Source of the DNA: Escherichia coli
GTDB lineage: Bacteria; Pseudomonadota; Gammaproteobacteria; Enterobacterales; Enterobacteriaceae
Length of the DNA stretch: 64,000 nucleotides
Direction: 5' to 3' (one strand)
Assembly: GCF_001677475.2 (NCBI RefSeq)
Contig: NZ_CP015229.1
The notes below the pieces were generated by a model. That model was given only the letters and a program-made list of their open reading frames with translations. It did no database searches and had not been told where the DNA came from. Below are positions 1-9,503 of the stretch, one piece after another (within the stretch, counting starts at the first letter, position 1; each line of letters opens with the position of its first letter). The position numbers and the translations under genes are program-made.

Positions 1-57
1 AAGAGCACTAATTTCGAGTACGCCCATCTGATATCTCTTGTTCCAGTATGTATCCCG

Positions 58-429
58 TCAGGCTCGGCGACCTTGTCGCGCCAACCAACGTGCAACAAGA
101 TCTTCCATTGCCTCTTTTTTATTTCTTAGTTCTTTTATGATCTCCTGCTGTTCATTATCAGGAAAAGCACTAAATATTTGTAGTAATTCCAATTGGTTAG
201 GGGTTAATGCCATAGATCTTGATGACGAAGATTCTGTTGTGTCTTCAGGTTCCATATCAAGATAACCCCCAGGCATCCCATATGTTTGCTCAATACGTCT
301 AGCTGCCTTTTCGCCAAACGTAGATTTACCGCTCATTAACTGAGATAAGTAACTTTTCTCTTTAGGCGGCAAAGTCCTGTCTTTGAACCACTCTTTGAGG
401 CGTAAACGCCGAATCTCTTTTGTTTCCAT
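58..429 (-). CDS. DicA/CI-like HTH repressor
   Basis: 123 aa; N-terminal HTH; C-terminal LTPNQLELLQIFSAFPDNEQ resembles DicA-type prophage repressors; divergent from a Cro-like gene. Confidence 0.7.
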   Translation of the reverse strand: METKEIRRLRLKEWFKDRTLPPKEKSYLSQLMSGKSTFGEKAARRIEQTYGMPGGYLDMEPEDTTESSSSRSMALTPNQLELLQIFSAFPDNEQQEIIKELRNKKEAMEDLVARWLARQGRRA

Positions 430-531
430 ACATTCATTATCTTTAGTAATTGCAAAACAAGCAAATACTTGACTGGTTTATTTAGTTGCGTATAAACTTT
501 CGCTTGTTCTAAATGTGCTGAGATAAAAATT
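430..531. promoter_or_regulatory. Divergent immunity-region promoter/operator interval
   Basis: AT-rich 100 bp between divergent repressor and cro-like genes; TTGACT -35-like hexamer and repeated TTAGT(A/T)..GC half-site-like motifs. Confidence 0.4.
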
Positions 532-819
532 ATGACGCTAAAGGAATTCATCAAATCATTAAAAATTGGAGAAGCAAAAAAATTTGCGACCAACCTTGGT
601 GTGTCTCCATCCTTCTTGTCCCAAATGGCATCTGGAACTTCACCTGTGTCTCCTGTTCGTGCGTTGATGATAGAAGCAGAAACTGGAGGACACGTTACAA
701 GACGCGAATTGAGACCTAATGACTGGGAGCTTATATGGCCCGAATACACTGGAATCACGTCCCCTTCACGTCACAAATATGAACTTAACACCAAAAAGGC
801 TGATGGGGTTGACTCATGA
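532..819 (+). CDS. Cro/YdaS-like HTH regulator
   Basis: 95 aa, HTH near N-terminus, first gene of rightward early operon, translationally coupled to next gene. Confidence 0.6.
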   Translation: MTLKEFIKSLKIGEAKKFATNLGVSPSFLSQMASGTSPVSPVRALMIEAETGGHVTRRELRPNDWELIWPEYTGITSPSRHKYELNTKKADGVDS

Positions 820-1241
820 TAATCAAGCATGAACACATCCGCATGGCGATGAATGCATGGGCGCATCCGGACGGTGAAAAAGTTCCGGCAGCTGAAATAA
901 CCCGGGCTTATTTTGAGCTGGGTATGACGTTCCCGGAGCTATATGACGACAGGCATCCGGAAGCGCTGGCTCGTAATACCCAGAAAATTTTCCGCTGGCT
1001 GGATAAAGACACCCCTGATGCGGTTAAAAAAATTCAGGCGTTGTTACCAGCTATCGAAAAAGCAATGCCGCCTCTGCTGGTGGCCCGAATGCGCAGCCAC
1101 AGTTCAGCCTATTTTCGGGAACTGGTGGAGACGCGGGAACGACTGGTGAGAGACGCTGATGATTTTGTCGCAGTGGCGATCGCTGGTTTCAATCAGATGA
1201 ATCGTGGTGGTCCGGCGGGAAATGCCGTGGTGATGCACTAA
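816..1241 (+). CDS. YdaT-like prophage protein
   Basis: 141 aa; N-terminal MIIKHEHI... and position after YdaS-like gene match the Rac YdaS-YdaT arrangement. Confidence 0.6.
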   Translation: MIIKHEHIRMAMNAWAHPDGEKVPAAEITRAYFELGMTFPELYDDRHPEALARNTQKIFRWLDKDTPDAVKKIQALLPAIEKAMPPLLVARMRSHSSAYFRELVETRERLVRDADDFVAVAIAGFNQMNRGGPAGNAVVMH

Positions 1242-1263
1242 AAGCACGGTGTTCGGGGGTTTT

Positions 1264-2232
1264 ATGAGCAGCAAGCTTCATGGTCTTGTCTGGGAAGGGT
1301 GCGCCTTCACTGGCATGATCTTATCCAGGGTGGCGGTTATGGCCCGTCTTGCAGACTACAGCAATGACGAGGGCGTGTCATGGCCTGCCATTGAAACTAT
1401 CCGGCGTCAGATCGGTGCAAGAAGTGAATCCACCGTGAAATCTGCTATTGCAGAACTGGCGAAAGAGGGCTGGCTGACGAAGGAAGAGCGTAAGGTCGGT
1501 GGGCGTAACGTAAGCAATATCTATCGGCTTAATGTGGAAAAACTCGAAGCAGCTGCAGCGGCGGCGCGTGAGGCATATAAACCGAAAAGAAAAATTAGCC
1601 CGGCAAAAAATGACCAGTTAACAGTTGACCAGTCAAATATTGCCCCATCAATGGTTGGCCCGTCAAATTTTGATGGATCAACTGTTGATAAAAAACTGCC
1701 GATTAGGGGGACGATGATTGACCCCGATCAGTCATTATTAAAACCTGATCCGTCAGATGAAAGATCTTCTTGTCCTGACGTTTCACTGCCGGACAAAAAA
1801 CAATCATCACCAGTTGAGCGATTTCTGGAGAAACACCCGGATGCGCATACCTGGAATGTGCAGAAGCGACAGTGGGGTACCCGTGAGGATGTCGCCTGTG
1901 CGCAGTGGATTTGGGGACGGGTTGTTGCGTTGTATGAACAGGCCGCCAGTGATGATGGTGAGGTATCACGCCCCAGAGAACCTAACTGGACGACCTGGGC
2001 GAATGATGTGCGCATGATGCGTATGCTGGATGGACGTAGTCACCGGCAGATTTGTGAAATGTTTGGGCGTGTCCAGCGGGATTCGTTCTGGGTAAAAAAC
2101 ATCATGAGTCCGGCAAAACTCCGGGAAAAATGGGATGAGCTGGTTATTCGTCTGGGGCGTTCGCCTGTACAGCGTTGCGTGAATCACATTTCTGAACCGG
2201 ATACCGAAATTCCGCCGGGGTTCAGGGGGTAA
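1264..2232 (+). CDS. Phage replication initiation protein (HTH, O-like)
   Basis: N-terminal winged-HTH segment typical of phage replication initiators; ATG at 1264 inside ORF 1249..2232; position after cro-like genes. Confidence 0.55.
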   Translation: MSSKLHGLVWEGCAFTGMILSRVAVMARLADYSNDEGVSWPAIETIRRQIGARSESTVKSAIAELAKEGWLTKEERKVGGRNVSNIYRLNVEKLEAAAAAAREAYKPKRKISPAKNDQLTVDQSNIAPSMVGPSNFDGSTVDKKLPIRGTMIDPDQSLLKPDPSDERSSCPDVSLPDKKQSSPVERFLEKHPDAHTWNVQKRQWGTREDVACAQWIWGRVVALYEQAASDDGEVSRPREPNWTTWANDVRMMRMLDGRSHRQICEMFGRVQRDSFWVKNIMSPAKLREKWDELVIRLGRSPVQRCVNHISEPDTEIPPGFRG

Positions 2233-2274
2233 GTGCTGATTTGAGGTCATGAAGTTATTTTCTCAGGAGAGTTT

Positions 2275-2676
2275 ATGGGGGCTATTTATACCGAAGAACA
2301 GCGGGAAAGGTTACAGCGTCACATCGTTGACCTTGTACGTAAAAACGGGCGTATGACAATGCCACAACTGGCATCGGCAACATATGCTTCACATGATTCC
2401 ATTCGCCGGTACCTGAAGATGCTGGTGAGCCAGGGCGAAGTGTATGTTGTCAGCGGAAAAGGGGTATTCCTTTCAGAGAGAGTTTACCGTGAATGGCTGG
2501 CAAGTTCGGCAAAAAAATCAAGGGTTATCCGCAAACCAGCACAAAAACAGGGTAAGGCCGGAGTACAACCCTACGACCGGCACCAGAACGTAATTTGCCG
2601 GGAATGTCGTAACAGCGAATCAATGCAGCGGGTACTGGCTTTTTACAGGGGTGGATTTCAGGAGCTCGTATCGTGA
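2275..2676 (+). CDS. Hypothetical protein (possible DNA-binding)
   Basis: 133 aa ORF with RBS-like AGGAGAG upstream; no recognisable motif. Confidence 0.45.
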   Translation: MGAIYTEEQRERLQRHIVDLVRKNGRMTMPQLASATYASHDSIRRYLKMLVSQGEVYVVSGKGVFLSERVYREWLASSAKKSRVIRKPAQKQGKAGVQPYDRHQNVICRECRNSESMQRVLAFYRGGFQELVS

Positions 2677-2981
2677 AAAAGTGGGTGCGTGCCGAGATAC
2701 TGATTCTACGGCAGTGTGCGGGAACAATGACGGTGGAATGCATCGGGATGCTTATTGGTCGTAGTGAGGCTGCGGTCAGAACGAAAGCGCGGGAACTGGG
2801 TATTAGTATGATGTTACGGGGTGATTATCACCAGTCAGCAAAATATCCGCAGAGTGATATTGAGCTGGCGCGACAGCTGCATCAGCGTGGCGTGTCCAGG
2901 AGAGAAATCGCCAGAAAATTTGGAATGCCGCTGCGCACAGTGAATAACTACGTTTATTTCGACAGGAGGGTGTCTGCGTGA
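2673..2981 (+). CDS. Hypothetical HTH protein
   Basis: 102 aa, overlapping start/stop with neighbours; HTH-like segment. Confidence 0.4.
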   Translation: MKKWVRAEILILRQCAGTMTVECIGMLIGRSEAAVRTKARELGISMMLRGDYHQSAKYPQSDIELARQLHQRGVSRREIARKFGMPLRTVNNYVYFDRRVSA

Positions 2982-3223
2982 AAATCCTGTATCAGGATTA
3001 CGGCCCGGTGGGACAGGTGGTTATCAGCAGTACTGTAATGGAGTTCCGGAAGCATAACCGTGTGGTGGATGCAGTGCTGTTAGCCTGTCCGGGGATATCG
3101 GCGAGCCGTGCAGGTGTGTTTTTTATGAAGACGAAGTTATATGGCAGTACAGCGTGGATAAAGAAGGCGTACCGGGTAGCGTTGCAGGAGGTAAACAGTG
3201 AGCGAATCGGCAACCATTCTTGA
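2978..3223 (+). CDS. Hypothetical protein
   Basis: 81 aa ORF translationally coupled in the operon. Confidence 0.3.
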   Translation: MKILYQDYGPVGQVVISSTVMEFRKHNRVVDAVLLACPGISASRAGVFFMKTKLYGSTAWIKKAYRVALQEVNSERIGNHS

Positions 3224-3686
3224 TATGTCCTGTGGCAGTCGTATGTTCTGGTTCGATAAGAATGACGACCGGGCGATATTTAGCGATATCAGAAAAGAAG
3301 AGCACACATTATGTGATGGACGACGCCTGATAATTAGCCCTGACCTGATAGCAGATTTTCGTGCATTACCATTTGCAGACGCATCGTTTCCGGTTGTTGT
3401 ATTCGACCCTCCGCATCTTGAGCGTGTTGGTGATAACGCCTGGATGGGAAAGAAATATGGACGGCTGAATAAAGATACCTGGCGTGATGATTTGCGGCAG
3501 GGATTTAAAGAAGCCTTTCGTGTGTTGTGGCCACACGGTGTTCTGATTTTTAAATGGAATGAAACGCAAATACCTGTCCGCCAGATATTGGCACTAACCG
3601 ACGCGAAACCAATCATCAGCCAGCGCACCGGTAAGAACGATAAAACACATTGGATTATTTTTGTGAAGGAAGCGACCAGTGGGTAA
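3198..3686 (+). CDS. Phage orphan DNA methyltransferase (N6-adenine type)
   Basis: 162 aa; motif VVVFDPPH (DPPY/DPPH catalytic motif IV of amino-methyltransferases); no adjacent restriction endonuclease. Confidence 0.65.
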   Translation: MSESATILDMSCGSRMFWFDKNDDRAIFSDIRKEEHTLCDGRRLIISPDLIADFRALPFADASFPVVVFDPPHLERVGDNAWMGKKYGRLNKDTWRDDLRQGFKEAFRVLWPHGVLIFKWNETQIPVRQILALTDAKPIISQRTGKNDKTHWIIFVKEATSG

Positions 3687-3933
3687 ATCAAAATGCCAGG
3701 TTTATGGCAACAAGATAGAACCGAGTACGGCACTGGCAAACTCCCTTGAGCATGATGCTGAATACACGACGCGAAAAGGTCTGCTGATATACAAAATCTG
3801 GAATGAGAGTTTAACTCGCGACCCTGATTTGGTGATGTTGCGTTCCGGTGAATTTTCTAAATCACCAGTGCGGGTTTCATTTTGTCCGTTCTGTGGTGAA
3901 AGTCTGAAAACGTGGGAGAACAGAAATGAATGA
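3679..3933 (+). CDS. Hypothetical protein with C-terminal zinc-ribbon-like CxxC
   Basis: 84 aa; CPFCG motif near C-terminus. Confidence 0.4.
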   Translation: MGKSKCQVYGNKIEPSTALANSLEHDAEYTTRKGLLIYKIWNESLTRDPDLVMLRSGEFSKSPVRVSFCPFCGESLKTWENRNE

Positions 3934-4237
3934 AATTAAAGAAATACCAGTAGTACGTGATGAATATGGCTGCTGGACGCATCCTGAATATGAAAAATTC
4001 TGTGATGGTAGAGAACATATTTCAACGGAAGAGTTTAACGCCTGGATGGAGGAAAATAATCTTCAATGGACCATCAGAACTATGGATGAAGATGATTTTA
4101 ATCTGGACGCAGATGGTCCCGATATTGCCTCCTGGAAACCGGAGCGCCCGGAAGGTGAAGGCTGGTTCATTGGTTCAATTCATGACACTGAAGATGGTCC
4201 GGTTTGTGTATGGCTGAGAAATAAGGTTGAAGCATAA
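3926..4237 (+). CDS. Hypothetical protein
   Basis: 103 aa ORF overlapping previous stop (ATGA). Confidence 0.4.
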   Translation: MNEIKEIPVVRDEYGCWTHPEYEKFCDGREHISTEEFNAWMEENNLQWTIRTMDEDDFNLDADGPDIASWKPERPEGEGWFIGSIHDTEDGPVCVWLRNKVEA

Positions 4238-4368
4238 AGGCGATAAACCACCTGACAACAAAACACTGAAAAATTTAAATCAGAAGTGAATTTTATTAAA
4301 TCCTTAACCGGAGGGATTCCTGCACTCTCAGAACATCAGGAGACCGCCCGAAAGGGCGGTAATGAAAA

Positions 4369-4836
4369 ATGGCTGAATTAACCAAATGGCTACAAAACAC
4401 GATTACCGGAATTGAAACGGTAGTAGACGATAAATCGTTTGTATGTGATGAAATAGTATTCAAAATCGATGTGGTTAAAAACGTACTTACCGCATTTAAA
4501 GTCGCGCTGGCATCGCTGGAAGCCGAACCGGTGACATGGCGATATCGCTACGTGAGAAAAGGCGTTACGAACTTTCAGGAGAAGCCGTGGGTTGGTGACT
4601 GGAAATATGTACCGACAAAAGAGGATTGCAACGACAGACCGAACTATGAAATTCAGGCGTTATTCACGGCCCAGCCTGTGCCACTGACACCCGAAGGATT
4701 GATTAAAGCGGTGCGCTTCTATGAACAGGTTAAGAGTGAAAATCCGCCAGTCGAAACCGGAGCATGGAAAGACGCTGTTGACTGGGTGCTCAAAGAGGCT
4801 TGTCAGGCTGTAAACATTGGCATCAAAGGAGAGTGA
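4369..4836 (+). CDS. Hypothetical protein
   Basis: 155 aa; N-terminus LTKWLQNTITGIE shared with ORF 5032..5244. Confidence 0.45.
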   Translation: MAELTKWLQNTITGIETVVDDKSFVCDEIVFKIDVVKNVLTAFKVALASLEAEPVTWRYRYVRKGVTNFQEKPWVGDWKYVPTKEDCNDRPNYEIQALFTAQPVPLTPEGLIKAVRFYEQVKSENPPVETGAWKDAVDWVLKEACQAVNIGIKGE

Positions 4837-4837
4837 G

Positions 4838-5029
4838 ATGAACGGACAAATATCAATTGTTCGACCGGGAGCATGTGACGATCGCGAGATACGAATGATT
4901 ATTCGTCTGGCGATGGGGAAAACAATAACTGCTCTCATTACTCCTGAAAATCTCGCATTAGCATTAACAGGAAAGTCAGACCTGCCAATAGAGCTAAAGC
5001 TGCGAAATGTTGAGATTAAGGTGAAATAG
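4838..5029 (+). CDS. Hypothetical small protein
   Basis: ATG at 4838 preceded by AAAGGAGAG RBS; 63 aa. Confidence 0.35.
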   Translation: MNGQISIVRPGACDDREIRMIIRLAMGKTITALITPENLALALTGKSDLPIELKLRNVEIKVK

Positions 5030-5031
5030 TT

Positions 5032-5244
5032 ATGAATACTCTTACCAAAGAATGGTTACAGAACACGATTACCAGCATTGAGTCAGCACGGGATGAAATA
5101 CCATTCGGACTCGATGAAGATCAAAGCAACATGCTTACCGCATTTACATTCCGGCGAGGAGAAGCAACGATTAAGCCGGGTAATGGTATTGAGCAGGCAA
5201 CTCACAGGATGAAATTACCGGAACCGCCGCAGGAGGTGAACTGA
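5032..5244 (+). CDS. Hypothetical protein (N-terminal paralog of 4369..4836)
   Basis: 70 aa; LTKEWLQNTITSIE and NMLTAF match the upstream ORF. Confidence 0.4.
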   Translation: MNTLTKEWLQNTITSIESARDEIPFGLDEDQSNMLTAFTFRRGEATIKPGNGIEQATHRMKLPEPPQEVN

Positions 5245-5639
5245 TGAAAGATGAAGTCGACAATGTTATCACCCTGGTACAGCCAAAATCAGAGGAGGAA
5301 GGACTCCTCAACGTTGTGATAACCGACAGAAAAAGCGGCGAGCAAAAATGCTGTCAGCATATCCGTACAACAATTTCAGAAGTGAATCGTACGATTACCT
5401 GCAACCGGTGTGGATTAGCTTTAGAGCCATTCGAGTTTATTCTCGATCGTGCGAGAAACGGTGAAAACATCGTGTCTGAGATTAAATCACTCTATGCAAA
5501 GCGGGATGCTCTTCGTGAAGCTGTGGCAAAACTTGAACGTGAAGAGAAAAACGCCAAAGCCCGGTTACGAGCAGCCAGGACAGCAATACTGTATGCGGAA
5601 AATGACCTTAAAAATATTGAGCAGGAGGTGAATCGATGA
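5244..5639 (+). CDS. Hypothetical protein with Cys cluster and C-terminal coiled coil
   Basis: 131 aa; CCQH...CNRCG then charged helical tail. Confidence 0.4.
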   Translation: MKDEVDNVITLVQPKSEEEGLLNVVITDRKSGEQKCCQHIRTTISEVNRTITCNRCGLALEPFEFILDRARNGENIVSEIKSLYAKRDALREAVAKLEREEKNAKARLRAARTAILYAENDLKNIEQEVNR

Positions 5640-5843
5640 CCTGGCCTGAGGCATTCACCACGGTAGGAATTGCGATGGCGGTGGCGCTGGTGGTGTATTC
5701 GATTTGCCGCTGGGGATAAATCGCCGAAAAAAGATCCCGACACAAACATGAGCCGGGATCTTTGATTTATATAGCCTACGAATCCGCCAGTAAGAGAGGG
5801 GGCGGATGGTTTATTCTACCACCGGAATGATGTGGGTAAAAAT

Positions 5844-6143
5844 TTATAAGAAATCGGTTTCATAACTTTGCCCACCATGATAGATACCGACAATAAAGAC
5901 TTTTCTGCCATCAACGGCAAAAGCAATAATCGTTCTGTGGCGGAAATGAGTTACCCGCATCCCCTGGCGAATATCATCGCGTTTATTGCCCCGATGCGGG
6001 AATGTAGAAAACCCATCAAGATAATCAAGAAGCGCATTGGCATAATTGTCAGCAATGACGTTCCCTGCTTTCTCCGTTATATATCTGTGCAGGTTGATTA
6101 TTTGTTGTTCGGCCTCAGGAGTAATGATGACTTCATATGTCAT
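5844..6143 (-). CDS. ParE/RelE-family type II toxin
   Basis: 99 aa; start MTYEVIITPEAEQ and end FIVGIYHGGQ are typical of ParE toxins; downstream of antitoxin in same operon. Confidence 0.7.
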   Translation of the reverse strand: MTYEVIITPEAEQQIINLHRYITEKAGNVIADNYANALLDYLDGFSTFPHRGNKRDDIRQGMRVTHFRHRTIIAFAVDGRKVFIVGIYHGGQSYETDFL

Positions 6144-6148
6144 GCAGA

Positions 6149-6406
6149 TTACTTCCCGGATCGAATCGCGGCGCGAACCTGTGAAATGGAGCGTCCGTTG
6201 TTTGGATTTTCGCGGATAGAATCAAGAGAGGGGGCGGCTGAATGCGTTAACCACGCTTCGATTGCTTTATCGCGCTCATTCAGTGCGCGAAGCCCTTCAC
6301 GAATGACCTCGCTTTCTGAAGCATAGGCACCGGAAGCCACACGGGCGCGCACCATGTCAGCCATCTCGTTAGTTAATGTAATGCTGAATTGTTGGGTTGT
6401 ACGCAT
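6149..6406 (-). CDS. ParD-type antitoxin (ribbon-helix-helix)
   Basis: Internal start MRTTQQFSITLTNEMADMVRARV (RHH beta-strand-like) with RBS GAGG upstream; directly upstream of ParE gene. Confidence 0.65.
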   Translation of the reverse strand: MRTTQQFSITLTNEMADMVRARVASGAYASESEVIREGLRALNERDKAIEAWLTHSAAPSLDSIRENPNNGRSISQVRAAIRSGK

Positions 6407-6487
6407 GGTAAACCTCACGGAGTAGGATAGAACACCATTCGATGATAGCACGTTGCCTGTTGACGACAACAGAAATCAGAGACAATA

Positions 6488-6820
6488 TTGCCGCACGCCA
6501 GCCTGAACAACTGGCACCTGCTGCGCCAGCAGAGACAACCGATGGCGCACGATACCAAATTACACAATTCTGATGATTCTGCCGTCTTTGCCAGCAGGCA
6601 CGGGCGGCGTTCCTGCACTTTCAAATCTGACTGGTTCCAGCATGACCCATGCACTGAAGAACAGGCCGAGTGGCTGATTCAGTGCTACCGCAGACACGGA
6701 TACGAGATTAAGAAAGCCCTCAGCCTCGATTATCGTCACTGGATAATCTCCGTCAGGCTTCCTTACTCTGAACGCCCACCACGTCCATCCCGCACATTCC
6801 AGCAACGCATCTGGAGGTAA
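6488..6820 (+). CDS. Hypothetical protein
   Basis: 110 aa ORF ending 1 bp before next gene. Confidence 0.3.
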   Translation: MPHASLNNWHLLRQQRQPMAHDTKLHNSDDSAVFASRHGRRSCTFKSDWFQHDPCTEEQAEWLIQCYRRHGYEIKKALSLDYRHWIISVRLPYSERPPRPSRTFQQRIWR

Positions 6821-6821
6821 C

Positions 6822-7880
6822 ATGCGGGTATTGCTTCGACCTGTTCTGGTACCGGAACTCGGACTGGTTATCGTTAAGCCAGGCCGTGAATCCATGCAGG
6901 TATTCCATAACGGCAGAGTACTGGTGGAACCGGAACCGAAAAGTATGCGCGGTCTGCCGTCCGGAGTCGTTCCTGCCGTTCGCCAGCCGCTGGAGGAGGA
7001 TAAATCATTACTGCCGTTTTTCAGTAACGCACGGGTGATTCGTGCTGCTGGTGGTGCTGGTGCATTGTCTGACTGGCTGTTGCGCCATATTAAATCCTGC
7101 CAGTGGCCACACGGCGATTATCACCACAGTGAAACCGTCATTCACCGTTATGGCGCTGGCGCGATGGTGTTGTGCTGGCACTGCGACAACCAGTTGCGTG
7201 ACCAGACAGCCGAATCACTCGAGCAACTTGCTCATCAAAACCTGTCAGCATGGATGATTGACGTCATCCGTCACGCAATGAATGGCACACAGGAGCGGGA
7301 ATTATCGCTGGCTGAATTATCCTGGTGGGCAGTCTGCAATCAGGTGGCGGACGCGCTACCGGAGACAGTATTACGTCGTTCTCTGAGGTTACGTGCGGAA
7401 AAAATCCGCTCGGTGTATCGCGAAAGCGACATCGTACCGGGAGAGCAGACCGCCACCAGCATACTAAAGCAGCGCACAAAAAATCTTGCGCCGTTGCCTC
7501 ACTCTCATCAGCAACAGAACCCGCCACAGGAAAAGACGGTGGTCAGCATTGCCGTTGATCCGGAGTCACCGGCTCAGTATCTCCAGCGCCAGAAACCACA
7601 ACGGGAAGAGATGCCCGTATACACGCGCTGGGTAAAAACGCAGAAATGCATGACGTGCGGTAATCAGGCAGATGATCCGCATCACATCATTGGTCATGGA
7701 CTGGGAGGGATGGGAACAAAGGCTGATGATTTGTTTGTTATTCCGCTGTGCCGTAAATGTCATAACGAACTGCACGCCGGGGTAAAAGATTTTGAAGAAA
7801 AACACGGCAGCCAGCTGTTGTTGCTGATTCGTTTTTTAATGCACGCGAGAAATTCGGGTGTCCTGAAGTGGAAAGCATGA
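6822..7880 (+). CDS. DUF968/YdfU-like prophage protein with HNH-like C-terminal Cys/His cluster
   Basis: 352 aa; C-terminal CMTCGN...HHIIGHG...CRKCHNELH; size and position upstream of rusA as in lambdoid nin regions; true start uncertain. Confidence 0.5.
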   Translation: MRVLLRPVLVPELGLVIVKPGRESMQVFHNGRVLVEPEPKSMRGLPSGVVPAVRQPLEEDKSLLPFFSNARVIRAAGGAGALSDWLLRHIKSCQWPHGDYHHSETVIHRYGAGAMVLCWHCDNQLRDQTAESLEQLAHQNLSAWMIDVIRHAMNGTQERELSLAELSWWAVCNQVADALPETVLRRSLRLRAEKIRSVYRESDIVPGEQTATSILKQRTKNLAPLPHSHQQQNPPQEKTVVSIAVDPESPAQYLQRQKPQREEMPVYTRWVKTQKCMTCGNQADDPHHIIGHGLGGMGTKADDLFVIPLCRKCHNELHAGVKDFEEKHGSQLLLLIRFLMHARNSGVLKWKA

Positions 7881-8261
7881 ATGACTGAACGCATAGAATT
7901 TGTTTTGCCTTACCCGCCGACGGTAAACACCTACTGGAGACGTCATGGCAATACGTATTTCATCTCGGAAGTCGGAAAGCGTTATCGCCGTGATGTGGCT
8001 CTAATTGTTCGCCAGCAGCGACTGAAATTAAACCTGTCCGGAAGGCTGGCGATAAAGATTATTGCAGAGCCACCGGATAAGCGCCGTCGTGACCTGGACA
8101 ATATCCTGAAAGCACCGCTGGATGCGTTGACGCATGCGGGACTGCTTATCGACGACGAGCAGTTTGATGAAATCAATATTGTGCGCGGTCAGCTTGTTCC
8201 TGGTGGTCGGCTGGGCGTGAAGATTGACGAAATAATGCATGACGGGCAGGTCCAAAAATGA
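7881..8261 (+). CDS. rusA: Holliday junction resolvase RusA
   Basis: 126 aa; YPPTVNTYWR and RRRDLDN motifs match RusA. Confidence 0.8.
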   Translation: MTERIEFVLPYPPTVNTYWRRHGNTYFISEVGKRYRRDVALIVRQQRLKLNLSGRLAIKIIAEPPDKRRRDLDNILKAPLDALTHAGLLIDDEQFDEINIVRGQLVPGGRLGVKIDEIMHDGQVQK

Positions 8262-9079
8262 AACTGGAAGATTTACCGAAATACTATTCCCCAAAATCGC
8301 CAGGCCTGACTGATGCATCCGCCTCGACGTCAAAAGATGCGCTGAGTATCACTGATGTGATGGCTGCGCAGGGTATGACACAGAACCGGGCTGAGATGGG
8401 ATTTTCTGCGTTCCTGGGGAAAATGGGCATTAGTATGAATGACAGGGCGCGGGCAACAGAATTACTGGCAGATTATGCATTAAGTCAGTGCGGTCGTGTG
8501 GCTGCGTTAAGAAAACTTCCGGCAGAGATAAAACCGGCAGTGATGCGCATTATGGCTTCGTACGCTTTTGAGGATTATGCCCGCAGCGCAGCGAGTAAAA
8601 AGCAATGCCCTTGTTGCCGAGGGGAAAAATTTATTGAAAGCGAGGTTTTTACAAACAAGGTTCAGTATCCGGATGGTAAGCCGCCAGTATGGGCAAAGTG
8701 TACAAAAGGCGTGTATCCGTCTTACTGGGAAGAATGGAAAAAAATCCGGGAGGTGGTGAAGGTTTCCTGTCCTGAATGTAAAGGGAAGGGAGAGATTTCG
8801 ACCGCCTGTAAAGACTGCCGTGGGCGTGGTGTAGCCATTCATCGTGAAGAGTCAGAAAAACGGGGTATGCCTGTTATCAGGGACTGCCAGCGTTGTGGCG
8901 GTCGTGGCTATGAAAGACAGCCGTCGACGGAGGCATTTAATGCCATATGTGAGGTGACAAATCAAATAACACGCGCGTCATGGGAAAAAACGGTTAAGCA
9001 ATTCTATGACACTCTGGTGGTTCGGTTTGACATTGAAGAGGCATGGGCGGAGCGGCAGTTAAAAAAGGTAACCAGATAA
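8258..9079 (+). CDS. Late-gene antiterminator Q-like protein
   Basis: 273 aa; multiple CxxC zinc motifs (CPCCRGE, CPECKGKGE, CKDCRGRG, CQRCGGRG); lies after rusA and before a strong terminator, as for Q. Confidence 0.65.
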   Translation: MKLEDLPKYYSPKSPGLTDASASTSKDALSITDVMAAQGMTQNRAEMGFSAFLGKMGISMNDRARATELLADYALSQCGRVAALRKLPAEIKPAVMRIMASYAFEDYARSAASKKQCPCCRGEKFIESEVFTNKVQYPDGKPPVWAKCTKGVYPSYWEEWKKIREVVKVSCPECKGKGEISTACKDCRGRGVAIHREESEKRGMPVIRDCQRCGGRGYERQPSTEAFNAICEVTNQITRASWEKTVKQFYDTLVVRFDIEEAWAERQLKKVTR

Positions 9080-9160
9080 CAAGGTTGATTTTTCCGGAAT
9101 CTGTGGTAAATTTTCCCTAACGATGGGCGTTTTATGCCTGACGTTAGGATGATTTTTACA

Positions 9161-9187
9161 ACCCGCCGTTGAGCGGGTTTTTTATTG
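9161..9187 (+). terminator. Rho-independent terminator (tR'-like) downstream of Q
   Basis: Hairpin AACCCGC-CGTTG-AGCGGGTT followed by TTTTTTATT. Confidence 0.65.
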
Positions 9188-9305
9188 CCCGAAAAACGGT
9201 ACAGGACGTTAAACGCCCTGGTGGTTATGAATACAGTCTTTCAGCTTGCTGGCTTTTTCGACAAGAGTTATTGGTGTGTCACGTTAACCAGAAAAGGGAA
9301 AAGGC

Positions 9306-9503
9306 ATGCTAAAACAGCAGGATATGACCGAAACCGCCAGAGCCGTGTTTAATGAATTAAGCGTCACCGAACCGGCGACAGTCGGGGAGATTGCTCAGAA
9401 TACTTACCTTTCACGCGAACGCTGTCAGTTAATACTGACCCAGCTTGTTATGGCGGGTCTGGCAGATTATCAGTTCGGTTGTTACAGACGCCTTCCGCAG
9501 TGA
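9306..9503 (+). CDS. Hypothetical small winged-helix-like protein
   Basis: 65 aa ORF with GGAAAAGG upstream. Confidence 0.3.
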   Translation: MLKQQDMTETARAVFNELSVTEPATVGEIAQNTYLSRERCQLILTQLVMAGLADYQFGCYRRLPQ

